Both the position numbers and the translations under genes were made by a program. The notes under the pieces were generated by a model, which did no database searches, was not told the origin of the DNA, and saw only the letters and a list, made by a program, of their open reading frames with translations. A stretch of DNA of 43,471 nucleotides from Candidatus Omnitrophota bacterium (lineage in GTDB: Bacteria; Omnitrophota; Gorgyraeia; Aquiviventales; Aquiviventaceae): assembly GCA_020057015.1 (NCBI GenBank), contig JAGVGS010000107.1:1-43471 (forward strand). Reading direction: 5' to 3'. Shown piece after piece: positions 36,701-41,295 of this stretch; the stretch's first letter is position 1, and every line of letters begins with the position of its first letter.

Positions 36701-38956
36701 AGCGTGCTGGACAACACGGTGTATGATGACTCGAATGCCAACTTCAACATCCAGGGTAACTTCACGCTGACGTTGCCGAACGGCGGCGAGTCCTGGAGTG
36801 TGGGGGAGAACCGAAACATCACCTGGAACTGGGGCGGCACGATTCCCAACGTGAAGCTCACTTACTCGACCGACAGCGGCAGCACGTTCCCGAGCGTGAT
36901 CACGGCCTCGGCGCCCAACGGGCCAGGCTCCAGCGGCAGCTTCAGCTACGCGTGGACCGTGCCGAATAGCATCACCACAACCGCGCGGGTCAAGGTGGAG
37001 GACGTCACGGATGGGGCGGTGTTCGATGCGTCCAACGCCGACTTCAAGATCCAGGGTAAGCTGACCCTCATCGCCCCCAACGGCAGCGACCGCTGGGTCG
37101 TGAATGAGACCAAGCCGATTCAGTGGAGCACCGCCGGCAGCATCAACAACGTGAAACTCGAGTACTCGACCGACAGCGGCAGCACGTATCCGAACACCAT
37201 CGTGGCCTCGGTGGCCAACGGGGGCAGCTACAACTGGGTCGTGCCCAACACGACGTCCACCACGGCGCGTGTACGGGTCCTCAACGTGGCGGACAACACC
37301 GTGGCCGATGCCTCGGATACCGACTTTACGATCGACCTGTATCAAATTACCGTGCATATCAAGGATCTCTTGACGAACAATGCGCTCGATCAGGTCGGGG
37401 TGGATGGCGCCAACAGCCTGAACGCCGCCTACCTGTGGCAGCAGTCGGGCATCACCTCGCCGATCACGAAAGGCCTGCAATACGGGACCTGGCCGATCAA
37501 GTTCAGCCGGGTCGAGTACGGCGACCAAGTGATCAATGTCGTGGCCGATAGGGACCAGACGATGAACGTGTACATGGAGACCCAGGTGGTGCACCTGTGG
37601 GAAGTGGTGACCGAGATGGCGTATAACTCCACCACCGATACCGTGGCGATTGCGGCCACGCTGCGTCGCGATGGGTCCACGGTCATCGGCGTCACCTCGA
37701 ATACGGTCAAATTCTATGATGGCGGTGCGCTGATCAAGACCTTTACCACGAATGGGGCCCCGGATGCCCAGGGCTTCTATAACTACACGTGGACCACTCC
37801 CACGGGCCTCGTGGCCGGCAAGGTGTACAATGTGGTCAGCAGCGGCACGATCGCGACGGGTGGCGTGTTCAACACGCCGAAGACCTTCAGCATCACGGAG
37901 GTTTCGAAGCTGCAGGATGTGCAAAATACGATCAATGATAAGTTGAATATGTCGATGAGCACGATGCAGACCAACATCCGCGGTGATTTGAGCGCGCAGA
38001 CCGGCACGATTACCGGGGCGTTGACGGCGCAGACATCGGCGATCAACACGTCGCTATCGAACTTTGAGACCAAGAGCGACGTGCAGATCAACGCCCTGAA
38101 GCTGCGCGCGGATGAGATCAAGGACGCCGGCGGCGAGCTGCAGAAGAGCAGCGAAGACTTGAACGCCACCAACGCCAAGTTCTCTGGCAACTTGATCACG
38201 CCGAAGAACGCGCTGATCAACGACAAGGATGTGAAGATCCAGTACCGGGCCATTCCGAACTTAGTACCGCTCATCACGATCACGGCTCAGGATACGAGCA
38301 ACCAAAGCGTGACCGTGGTCTCGGGAGAGCCGATGAGCCTGGTGGACGGCTACGCTGACATGTACGAATACACGATCGATAAGATCACCTCCCCGCCGTA
38401 CACGCCCGGCAAGGCCGTGAGCGTGGTGGTGGAGGCCGAGGTCTTCACCTACGTGCTCGATGCCGCGAAGGGCAAGGTGAAGAACGTCGAAGCGGGCTCT
38501 TTCATCGTGGAATCCACGACGCTGAGCACCCTCGAGGGCCTCGTGGCTTCGCAGGGCGGCCTGAAGGATCTGGTGCAGAGCATGGTGGCCACGATGAATG
38601 GGCTGAAAGGCAACGTGGCCAGCCGTGGGGATAGCATGGCCATGTTGGATGCCCTCAACCGGAAGATCGACCAATTGCCCAGGCTGATCGTGCAGGAGAT
38701 GAACCGCGGCAGCACAATGACCGACATGAAAGACGAGATCGCGCAGATCAGTGAGACCTTGCAGGATTTGGCGGGCAAGGATCTCGGGCTGGATCTGACC
38801 AATATCGTGGGCAAGGCGATCGATGAGTCCTCTGGGATCAAGGAGCTGCGCCAGTCGGCTGATCGGGTGCAGGGCAGCACCGAGCTCATGCAGAAAATCG
38901 TCGAACAAAAGTGGGGAGGCATCGATGCGCCGGTCATCCACGCGATCTACCAGTAA
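21740..38956 (+). CDS. Giant (5738 aa) secreted or surface repeat protein: unique N-terminal ~400 aa, 49 tandem Ig-like modules, ~540-aa C-terminal region
   Basis: A single uninterrupted ORF. Start is ATG 21740, 2 nt after the upstream stop, or ATG 21776 behind GGAGAGGGGG. Signal-like N-terminus is WRVIAAGVLGILTAGLLAFPQPAEA/F. Module consensus is sLTlTAPNGGE.W.VGs.QNITWT.tGsI.NVKLEYSTdGGstYpn.I.aSt.n.GsY.WTIPDaIst..RVkV.D..d..v.D.SnAnFkIrG. The C-terminus has beta-sandwich-like and low-complexity helical segments. Confidence 0.9.
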   Translation: MTPANRRGGEQSMGATSWRSWRVIAAGVLGILTAGLLAFPQPAEAFQVKRVLRNTTAFQLLNGEEVKTYDLTSQLGGVPLDMTKCFIVASTFPSSGFNTQTDAFIAIDDPSTIMAARRTGTAQVDIQFMVIEFVDGVSVQSGLTVISETALTKNIVLPASVDLAKSFALITWRSFNHNTQATHDDKNLYSADLTAVNNLRLQRSDQAGTFLNDVYYQVVSFDEDVTVTKGTVDIDAVQDAGETSDNGTAMVATINPALTSVNDAMMFFTIRPSAAVNGVDQQYKVDGYINATNAITFTRNNNTNSVSIVYYLLNFSNEMYVQHARNTATLPNGTASGTFNLPTVTTLARTFGTFSSSGPGTAGNADNPSLYVTGALASVAGPQTQVTLARSGTSGATAVSYMAPELPPVNVTAPDTASIIWKVGEARTITWKHADDVAANTAAIDLSVNGGSAWLGTSITCDEGARTMASDVCTWTIPDSLGGTSVIGNNLRIRVRDTVLAARNFDPTDVSFEIIGSITVTAPNGSEVWYVGDTNRNITWTNTGNHTTDKVNIYLSENGGSTYPTAIVTGGSAPTVESGTYAWNPMPDKIGTDRRVRVESQNDPAPIDVFDTSNANFEIRGSVTVTYPNGAETLETQKAYNITWNKTGTFAPNNEVNIYYSKNSGGQYPTTLVTNQAAGASSGSYSWTPVAGDVSDFARVKVTQRDNSNVTDESNADFLVKPSIVVSYPNGGENLVVGTPTNVTWTTNGAGLANVKIEYSINGGGAYSPIIENDNIADDGIVTNNGTRSWDVPDVIGGNVLIKISNPSISAINDVSDAIFRVKGQTKVLIPNGTELWPVGGSRNIQWSNVGTFTSNVDIRFSTNGGADGYPGGNTIVAGHTNTGASGSYTWNPVVDIAGGYNNAMRIKVLPVDSVNVAEDTSDASFTIHGTLTLAAPNGGQTWVYGGAAQNITWTKTGAIGNVELRYSTNSGGGFGSPFATGLNPTAGTPYAWTLPDSLSNAARIQVRTVDQPLVIYDDSDADFFLKGSLTVTAPNTAVTWYRGDIQNVTWTRAGTTGAMTGNVDIHYTPDNGSNYYAISVNNVLASAGTYPWTIPTDAPNDTVQSDTVKVRVRLSSDTVVSDESNVTFKIKPRLTLTAPNTNVAWIVGTSQNITWTTAGSVPKVKLSYSTTGGSPYANSIVADLSNVNSYAWTIPDAIGTQLRVLVAKDTPVDPDSAVEDFSDADFEIKGSLTLTSPNLGTEVWIVGSSQNITWTKTGSLTGNVKLYYSTDGGSTYVGDPASPFATVAVTAGSYAWTIPDAIDNDLKVKVVYVNDTAVADASNAVFTVKGSLTITAPNTGTEIWDVNTLHNITWTKTGTIGNVDLSLSLDGGTDGYATSIVTGVTSTSPYAWTIPSNTTLTVQARVKIAPVTAAQAAADTSDANFRLRGSFTLTAPSGPENWIVGASQNITWTSLGGIANAKLEYSRDSGSDGYPYLITASTPAGAGSYAWTVGWAAADADKTNSSTIRVRVSDAATADVNDTSDADFTIRGSLALTAPNGGENWLVGSSQNIAWTRTGKIPNVKLVYSVDSGVDGYPESTPNQTIVGSTSGEALSYAWTIPDKIGTALRVKIYDLSSVSATPDTSNADFTIRGSLAVTAPNGSESWTYGGAAQNVTWTLNGTVTGNVKLYYSNNGGSSYMGDPGTPFATVAASAGTYAWTIPDDLTTQARVKITHAGSPTADPDESNANFTIKGVLVLVAPNGGEDWRADESQNITWTRTGTIALVNLYYSTNSGGTYPVTIASAVNGGNLSRAWTIPNTLSVTTARVKIEDNGNTAVLDTSDADFIIKPKLTLLTPNGSEVWYVNNNTDDITWTTNGTVAEVNLKYATDGSTFSNPIATQLANINAYDNWVIPDALSTTVKVRVESFTDAANVSDVSNADFTIRGAITVTAPNTNVTWIVGDSQNVTWTKVGSLTGNVNLYYSTNGGSSYLGDPGTPFATPTVASGSYALTIPDAIGSNLKVKAVLANNTSVTDESNTAFTVKGSLIISAPNGGEVWDVNTLNNITWTKTGTIGNVDLSLSLDGGTDAYATSIVTGISATSPYAWTIPSNTTLTAQARVKIAPVTAAQAAADTSDANFRLRGSFTLTAPNGGEPWIVGAANNVTWTLLGGMVNAKLEYTRDGGSTYHTIVASTAAGSGSYAWTVDWANSDNSKQVLNSNTMRVRISDAADVTVQDSSNANFTVKGSLTLAAPNGGENWLVGGAQNITWTRTGYLPNVKLEYSTDGGSTYPNEIVASTSGEALSYAWTIPNAIDNDLRVQVTDLSAVAAAADVSNANFTIRGALTLTSPNGGEQLGIAGSHNITWTRTGTVTENVKLVYSTDGGSTYPEPSKVIVSDVVAATQTYAWTVPDAPTIQARVKIIHTPVATPLADPDESNANFSIKGTLTIVAPNGAETWKSGESRNITWTRGGSIASVRLSYSKDSGATFPTQIIASTAGADLAYGWTVPDVVTAADRTKIRVKIEDVGDPTVSDTSNADFTIRPQLTLTAPNGGQTWLVGASQNITWTKNGSIPNVKLVYSTDSGSTYPEAAPDNTITGSTPGADLSFAWTVPDKVGTLLRVKIVQTDDAAVVDTSDGDFAIKGSLALTSPNGGETWLVNESRAVTWTRVGTTGTMAGNVELAYSINGGTGYGAAFATPLASALTYAWTVPDAIGTQLRVRVRAEGDTSVSDESNANFTIKGILALTAPNGGQTWGVGTTPNITWTRTGSITNVKLDYSVDSGGSFPNAIIASTDASTGTYAWTVPAGAVLSTQARVRVTDAADAAVADDSNADFNLVGVLVLTAPNGGEIWAYNTSQNVTWTRSGNISNVKLEYSTNGGSSYPNVIIGSTAAATQSYTWTVPNEHSATVRVKVSDAAAAFTGIVSDTSNANFKIRSGLTLSAPDGGEVWTVGSAQSVGWGSSGTVNNVMLEYSTNGGSSYDFLVTNSAPNTGSYSWTVPDAIGTSVRVKITDAEDAAASDASNGNFKIRGSLTLGAPNGGEQWGIATSKNVTWTRNGSIANVKLDYSLNGGTDYDGSIVASTAAAAGTYAWTIPDFPTATARVKVADAADALLVFDTSNANFSIKGSVNVTAPNGGETWIVGADNNVTWTKFGSISSVEIRYSENNGSTWPAGNIIVGSTSAAAGTYTWTIPDKIGNSVLVRITDTADTSTLDDSNAVFSIKGSYALTSPNGSETWVVGESRNITWTKTGTLGNAKLEMSVNGGSVYPTEIVNPVASVDGTYGWTVPDAIGTQVRVKITLLSDTAVNDASSGNFTIKGSLTLNAPNGGEVWTVGSNQPITWSRVGSIANVKLVYSTDGGVSYPEVGPDNTIVASTAAAAGSYSWTIPDAITTTARVKAIDFSDASVSDTSNANFKIAGSLALTAPNGGEAWLIGGSQNITWTKQGAIANVKLEYSTNSGGAYPNEIIASTSAAAGTYAWTIPDAPSTAVRVKITNTSDSTVNDASNADFNIRGTLTVVAPNGSEVWTVGESRNITWSKTGSISNVELRYSTNSGSSYPTVIVASTAASALSYAWTVPDAISTTARVKITDTTDSAVTDTSNADFKIRGALLVTAPNGGETWIVGAAQNITWTRTGSIANVKLDYATDGGIGYTNPITASTAGAAGTYAWTIPDAIGNQVRVRIGDAADDNNVYDMSDNNLTIKGAVTLNAPNGAESWIVGASQNITWSKSGTLGNCKLEYSTTSGAAYPNEIVNPIACATLTYAWTIPDAISAGVRVKLTNLVDTGVSDASNADFNIKGSLTLTSPNGSETWLVGETRSITWTKTGSIATARLDYSTNGGVAYPNVITASTGAGGLSFLWTVPDNMSTNVKVRIRNVDDTTVEDESNASFKIAGSFTLNSPNGAEKWPAGSLQSLTWSKTGSIANAKLELSTDGGSTYPTLIVATTPASNLSYAWTLGSATSTQCRVKITDVSDSGVNDATNANFKIMGGFSLTAPNGGEVWVVGSSQNITWTTSGTVANVKLDYSTDGGASYPNVITASVTNTGSYGWTIPDAIGTTLRVKVEDVLDIDAKDESDANFKIKGSVTVTAPNGGELWDVGASQNITWTKTGTIANVKIEFSTDGGTNYPGGGQVIANSFNAGAFSYSWTVPDYIYTTLRVRLTDVGDATVVDQSNNNFTVRGAFTLTAPNGGEKWKVGATQVISWTTFGTIPNVKLEYSSNGGTDYSNIAASAANTGTYNWTLPNAISTTAKVRVSNAADAGTLDVSNANFKIMGNFTVTAPDGGEVLTAGSSYNVTWTNQGTVSNVELKYSTNSGGAYGNTIVGSASNTGTYSWTVPDAISSTLRVRVADATDATDAFDTSNADFKIRAGFTLTAPNGSEAWTVGTARNVTWTTAGTVANVKLEYSINGGTDYVNIIGSTANSSPYSWTIPDAITTAGRVRVSDVNDSTANDASNANFKIQGVLTMTAPNGGEKWTVNSARSVSWDRVGSIANVKLDFSTNGGSIYAPIIASTANTGTYAWTIPDSVSTDCLVKVTDTNDATVTDASNAAFKIQAGFVVTAPNGGEVWGIGSARTIAWTTNGTVAFVKIDYSTDGGTNYTNQITTSTANTGTYNWTIPDAISGTVRVKVSQTTDAEAFDTSDGNFRIRISVALVAPNGAEVWRVGQSRNVTWSISGTIPNVKLQYSRDGFNADLQTINISAPQTGSYAWTIPDAISNTVRVRVSDPNDIGALDDSNADFRIIANFTVTAPNGSEQWTVGSAQTVTWTSAGSVSNVKLEYSTNSGGSWNPLLGSTPNDGTQGWTVPDAISANARLRVSDPADSTSDDTSDNDFKIRAFFALSAPNGSEIWTVNESRNITWTNTGTVPNVKLEYSTDGGANYNQTIAASTGNTGTYAWTVPDAISTTVRVKVTSTTDVDGNDASDANFKIRGAFNLTAPNGAENWKIANNHTITWTTTGTMANVKLSYSTNGGAAFPNTIIASVANTNSYVWNVADAPTTAGRVRVESVLDNTVYDDSNANFNIQGNFTLTLPNGGESWSVGENRNITWNWGGTIPNVKLTYSTDSGSTFPSVITASAPNGPGSSGSFSYAWTVPNSITTTARVKVEDVTDGAVFDASNADFKIQGKLTLIAPNGSDRWVVNETKPIQWSTAGSINNVKLEYSTDSGSTYPNTIVASVANGGSYNWVVPNTTSTTARVRVLNVADNTVADASDTDFTIDLYQITVHIKDLLTNNALDQVGVDGANSLNAAYLWQQSGITSPITKGLQYGTWPIKFSRVEYGDQVINVVADRDQTMNVYMETQVVHLWEVVTEMAYNSTTDTVAIAATLRRDGSTVIGVTSNTVKFYDGGALIKTFTTNGAPDAQGFYNYTWTTPTGLVAGKVYNVVSSGTIATGGVFNTPKTFSITEVSKLQDVQNTINDKLNMSMSTMQTNIRGDLSAQTGTITGALTAQTSAINTSLSNFETKSDVQINALKLRADEIKDAGGELQKSSEDLNATNAKFSGNLITPKNALINDKDVKIQYRAIPNLVPLITITAQDTSNQSVTVVSGEPMSLVDGYADMYEYTIDKITSPPYTPGKAVSVVVEAEVFTYVLDAAKGKVKNVEAGSFIVESTTLSTLEGLVASQGGLKDLVQSMVATMNGLKGNVASRGDSMAMLDALNRKIDQLPRLIVQEMNRGSTMTDMKDEIAQISETLQDLAGKDLGLDLTNIVGKAIDESSGIKELRQSADRVQGSTELMQKIVEQKWGGIDAPVIHAIYQ
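22964..37339 (+). repeat. 49 tandem in-frame coding modules (93-108 aa each, 4792 aa in total)
   Basis: Counted module by module from the translation. The lengths sum exactly to aa 409-5200 of the ORF. Each module carries APNG, an (I/V)TW strand, an Asp-box-like S-x-D-G-G-x-x-Y/W motif, (A/S)WT(I/V)P and a terminal (A/G)(D/N)F.I.(G/P/A). Confidence 0.95.
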
Positions 38957-38957
38957 C

Positions 38958-39791
38958 ATGGCGCAGGCCCTGCTCGCCTTGGCCCTCACCCTGCTGGCCG
39001 GCCTTCGGGTGGAGGCGGCGGTCGAGCGCGAGCCGGTGATGCTCTCGGTCGTGGCGGTGAATCCCTCGGCAGAGAAGACCCAAACACTCCCCATCCGCAT
39101 CGACTTGCCCAGGGAAGTGAAGCCGGCCGATGTGCTGGACGTAGGCGAGCTGACGCTCGAGTACGATGATGACCAGCAGAACTACTACGTCTTCAAGGAC
39201 TTGGTGGCACTCGAACCCAAGCAAACGCTGGTCTTCGAAGTGCGGGTGAAGGACGTGTGGTTCGTGCCGCAGCCAGAGCTGGATAGCTTGCGCGATTATG
39301 CGAGCCTGCTCATGAGCCGGATCAAAAACACCGAGTACGCGAACACGGCTAAGGCGCTTACCGAGAGCATCCACAGCCGCCTTGGCGAGATCGCCGCTAC
39401 GCAGGATGATGAGACGCTAAGCCGCAAGGCCCGCATCGGCGCGTACCGGCACCACCTGGACGTGGTAGCCCAGGTGAAGGAAGACCTCAGTCGGATGGAG
39501 AAGCTGCTCACGTTCACCGGTGGGCCGCCGGTGCCGGAGCTGCTGGAGCAATCTTCGCTGAAATCCGATGCGCCGTCCAAGACGACCACCTGGATGGTCA
39601 TCTTTCTGATCCTGATCTTCATCGGACTCTTGGGTGGGCAGTTTTTCTTCACCTGGAGCCGGCGCGCCAACGTGACCCGCGACCTCTCGATCCTGAGGGA
39701 GGCCACCTTTGGCAAGCAGCCCGGCAAAGCCCCCACCGGGCAGGTCGGCAACGGGCACGGGGCGGCCCCAGGCACCGCACCCCGGCGCTAG
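38958..39791 (+). CDS. Signal-peptide protein with C-terminal TM anchor, unknown function
   Basis: ATG 38958 is 2 nt after the giant-gene stop. Signal peptide is MAQALLALALTLLAGLRVEA/A. C-terminal TM is TWMVIFLILIFIGLLGGQFFF, followed by a basic Gly/Pro-rich tail. Confidence 0.6.
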   Translation: MAQALLALALTLLAGLRVEAAVEREPVMLSVVAVNPSAEKTQTLPIRIDLPREVKPADVLDVGELTLEYDDDQQNYYVFKDLVALEPKQTLVFEVRVKDVWFVPQPELDSLRDYASLLMSRIKNTEYANTAKALTESIHSRLGEIAATQDDETLSRKARIGAYRHHLDVVAQVKEDLSRMEKLLTFTGGPPVPELLEQSSLKSDAPSKTTTWMVIFLILIFIGLLGGQFFFTWSRRANVTRDLSILREATFGKQPGKAPTGQVGNGHGAAPGTAPRR

Positions 39792-39803
39792 CAGCCTTGC
39801 TCT

Positions 39804-40067
39804 ATGGCCGCCGGCCTGCTGCACGTCGTCGTCCTTAGCCCCGAGCAGGTGCTCTTTGAGGGCGATGCCGACCATGTGATCGCCCCCGGAGAGTATGGGG
39901 TCTTCGAAATCCTGCCCTTCCACCGGCCCTTTGGCAGCTTGCTGCTGCCTGGACACCTCATCATTGATTCCCAGGCCCTGCCCATCGAGCGGGGGGTGCT
40001 GCGCGTTGAGCGAGACACTGTTACTGCCCTTGTCGAACTGCCGCCTGAAAACGGGGACAGTTACTAA
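39804..40067 (+). CDS. atpC: F-type ATPase epsilon subunit, beta-sandwich domain only (87 aa)
   Basis: LLHVVVLSPEQVLFEGDADHVIAPGEYGVFEILPFHRPFGSLLLPGHLII..ERGVLRVERDTVTALVE matches the epsilon N-terminal domain pattern. There is no C-terminal helical hairpin. The last ~6 codons and the stop lie inside palindromic element copy 3. Confidence 0.7.
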   Translation: MAAGLLHVVVLSPEQVLFEGDADHVIAPGEYGVFEILPFHRPFGSLLLPGHLIIDSQALPIERGVLRVERDTVTALVELPPENGDSY

Positions 40068-40123
40068 TTTGTGCCCGGACCCCTAGACGGCACACCGAAA
40101 ATTAGTGACTGTCCCTGTTTTTT
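40048..40123 (-). repeat. Palindromic ~75-bp element, copy 3 (inverted orientation)
   Basis: AAAACGGGGACAGTTACTAATTT GTGCCCGGACCCCTAGACGGCACACCGA AAATTAGTGACTGTCCCTGTTTTTT. The central asymmetric part matches the reverse complement of copies 1 and 2. Arms are conserved and a T-run follows. Confidence 0.8.
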
Positions 40124-40134
40124 GCTCGCCTGCC

Positions 40135-40164
40135 TTGCTTTTTTGCGCTACGAACAGGTATGCT
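40135..40164 (+). promoter_or_regulatory. Putative sigma70-like promoter
   Basis: TTGCTT (40135-40140), an 18-nt spacer, then TATGCT (40159-40164). Confidence 0.35.
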
Positions 40165-40207
40165 TTAACTACATAGAATTAAGCAGGTTTGGTCAACTTT
40201 AGTGCTG

Positions 40208-40284
40208 TAGAAGGGCAAACGATCCGCAAGGATCGGGCGCAAAGCCGCAAGTCCTGCGCAGGCAGGATGGTTGGGCTGCCGGCA
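40208..40284 (+). promoter_or_regulatory. GEMM-I-like riboswitch aptamer (variant 3' strand)
   Basis: GAAGGGCAAAC, GAUCC-GCAA-GGAUC, GGGCGCAAAGCC, GCAA, GUCCUGC-GCAG-GCAGGAU, GGUUGGGCUGCC. The GGGCAAAC junction, GNRA-capped hairpin and GCGCAAAGCC junction are conserved. The 3' strand GGUUGGGCUGCC deviates from CAGCCGGGUUGCC. Confidence 0.6.
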
Positions 40285-40300
40285 CAAGCCAGCGTGATTG

Positions 40301-40332
40301 CGCCCATCCACCGCGGATGGGCGTTTGCTGTT
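40301..40332 (+). terminator. Terminator-like hairpin (expression platform), weak U-tract
   Basis: A 9-bp stem CGCCCATCC/GGATGGGCG with loop ACCGC, followed by TTTGCTGTT. TTGCGCCC (40298-40305) is the exact complement of the aptamer segment GGGCGCAA (40235-40242). The RBS GAGGAG (40333-40338) follows immediately. Confidence 0.5.
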
Positions 40333-40341
40333 GAGGAGACC

Positions 40342-40563
40342 ATGGGCCGTAATGTGGCGTTGACGGTCGTGTTTTTCATCTGTCTCATCGGGCCGGCGGC
40401 CGTGATGGCCGTGATGGGCAAGGCCAGCATCGGGGCGCTGGGCCGCAATCCCTCGGCCGCGCCCAAGATTCTCACGGCTATGATCATTAACCTGATTTTT
40501 GTCGAAGCCATTGCCGTGGTGGCCCTGCTGGTCATCTGGCAGCTCTTCACGCAGAAAGGCTAA
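40342..40563 (+). CDS. atpE: F-type ATPase subunit c
   Basis: ATG 40342 lies behind GAGGAG. The track start at 40189 would read through the riboswitch-like leader. The 73-aa two-helix hairpin has the loop GALGRNPSAAP and the carboxylate in LIFVEAIAVVALLV. Confidence 0.85.
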   Translation: MGRNVALTVVFFICLIGPAAVMAVMGKASIGALGRNPSAAPKILTAMIINLIFVEAIAVVALLVIWQLFTQKG

Positions 40564-40569
40564 GCCTCC

Positions 40570-41295
40570 ATGCTCGCGATGATTTCAGTGATCGTGGTGC
40601 TGCTGCTGGTCTTTATCGCGATGGTGCTCATCTGGCGCCAGATCATGACCGGCCAGGTCACCCACGCGACGACCCACTTGCGGGAGCTGAGCCAAGACTA
40701 CCTCAAGCGGCATGAAGAGCTGAAGGATCGCCAGAGCGAGGGGGATAAGCGCTATCAGGACCAAATCGAGTCGGCCAAGGCCGAGGGCGAGCGATTGCGC
40801 GCGAAGCTGCTGGAAGAGGCGGAGGCTGCGCGCGTGCGCCTCGTGGCTGAGGGCAAGGCCGAGAGTGAGCGCCTCGTCAACCAGGCGCTGGCGGCCCGCG
40901 ACGTGATGCAGCAAGAGATGGATGCGACGATGAGCCATCGGGCCGTGGCGCAAGCGCGGCAACTCGTGCAGGAGATCCTCCCGGCGCCGATGCGCCAGAT
41001 CATGCAAGCGCAATGGGTCGAGGAGCTGATGGAAGGCCTGAAGGCCCTCCCGAAACTGGAGACAGCCGAGCCGGTGAAAGAAGTCCGTGTGGCCTCGGCC
41101 TTTGCGCTCACCGCCGCACAGCGCCAGCGGCTGCAGGCCGGGCTGGAGGCGCTGGTCGGCCACCCGGTGACGTTGCAGGAGACGGTGGAGGAAAGCCTGC
41201 TCGCCGGGCTCATGCTCACGGCCGGCCACTTAGTGCTGGATGGCACCCTGACATCCAAACTGGAGCAGGCCGCGCGCAGCCTGCACGCCTCATGA
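40570..41295 (+). CDS. atpF: F-type ATPase subunit b with delta/OSCP-like C-terminal extension
   Basis: N-terminal TM is ISVIVVLLLVFIAMVLIW, followed by a long charged helix. The C-terminus VRVASAFALTAAQRQRLQAGLEALVGHPVTLQETVEESLLAGLMLTAGHLVLDGTLTSKLEQ resembles the delta C-terminal domain. No separate delta gene is present. Confidence 0.65.
   Translation: MLAMISVIVVLLLVFIAMVLIWRQIMTGQVTHATTHLRELSQDYLKRHEELKDRQSEGDKRYQDQIESAKAEGERLRAKLLEEAEAARVRLVAEGKAESERLVNQALAARDVMQQEMDATMSHRAVAQARQLVQEILPAPMRQIMQAQWVEELMEGLKALPKLETAEPVKEVRVASAFALTAAQRQRLQAGLEALVGHPVTLQETVEESLLAGLMLTAGHLVLDGTLTSKLEQAARSLHAS

Noticed and set aside
22964-37339. Periodic ~285-nt repetition that could suggest a CRISPR array or satellite DNA.
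   Set aside because: The period is far too long. There is no short conserved repeat alternating with unique spacers. The whole region is one open reading frame whose repeats are conserved at the protein level.
21725-38000. Long minus-strand ORFs inside the giant gene, e.g. 21725..23038 (437 aa), 32174..34081 (635 aa) and 36344..37924 (526 aa).
   Set aside because: They lie antisense to a continuous 17.2-kb plus-strand ORF with clear modular protein periodicity. Their translations are low-complexity and Arg/Gly/Pro/His-rich, as expected for the antisense strand of GC-rich coding sequence. They have no RBS or motif support.
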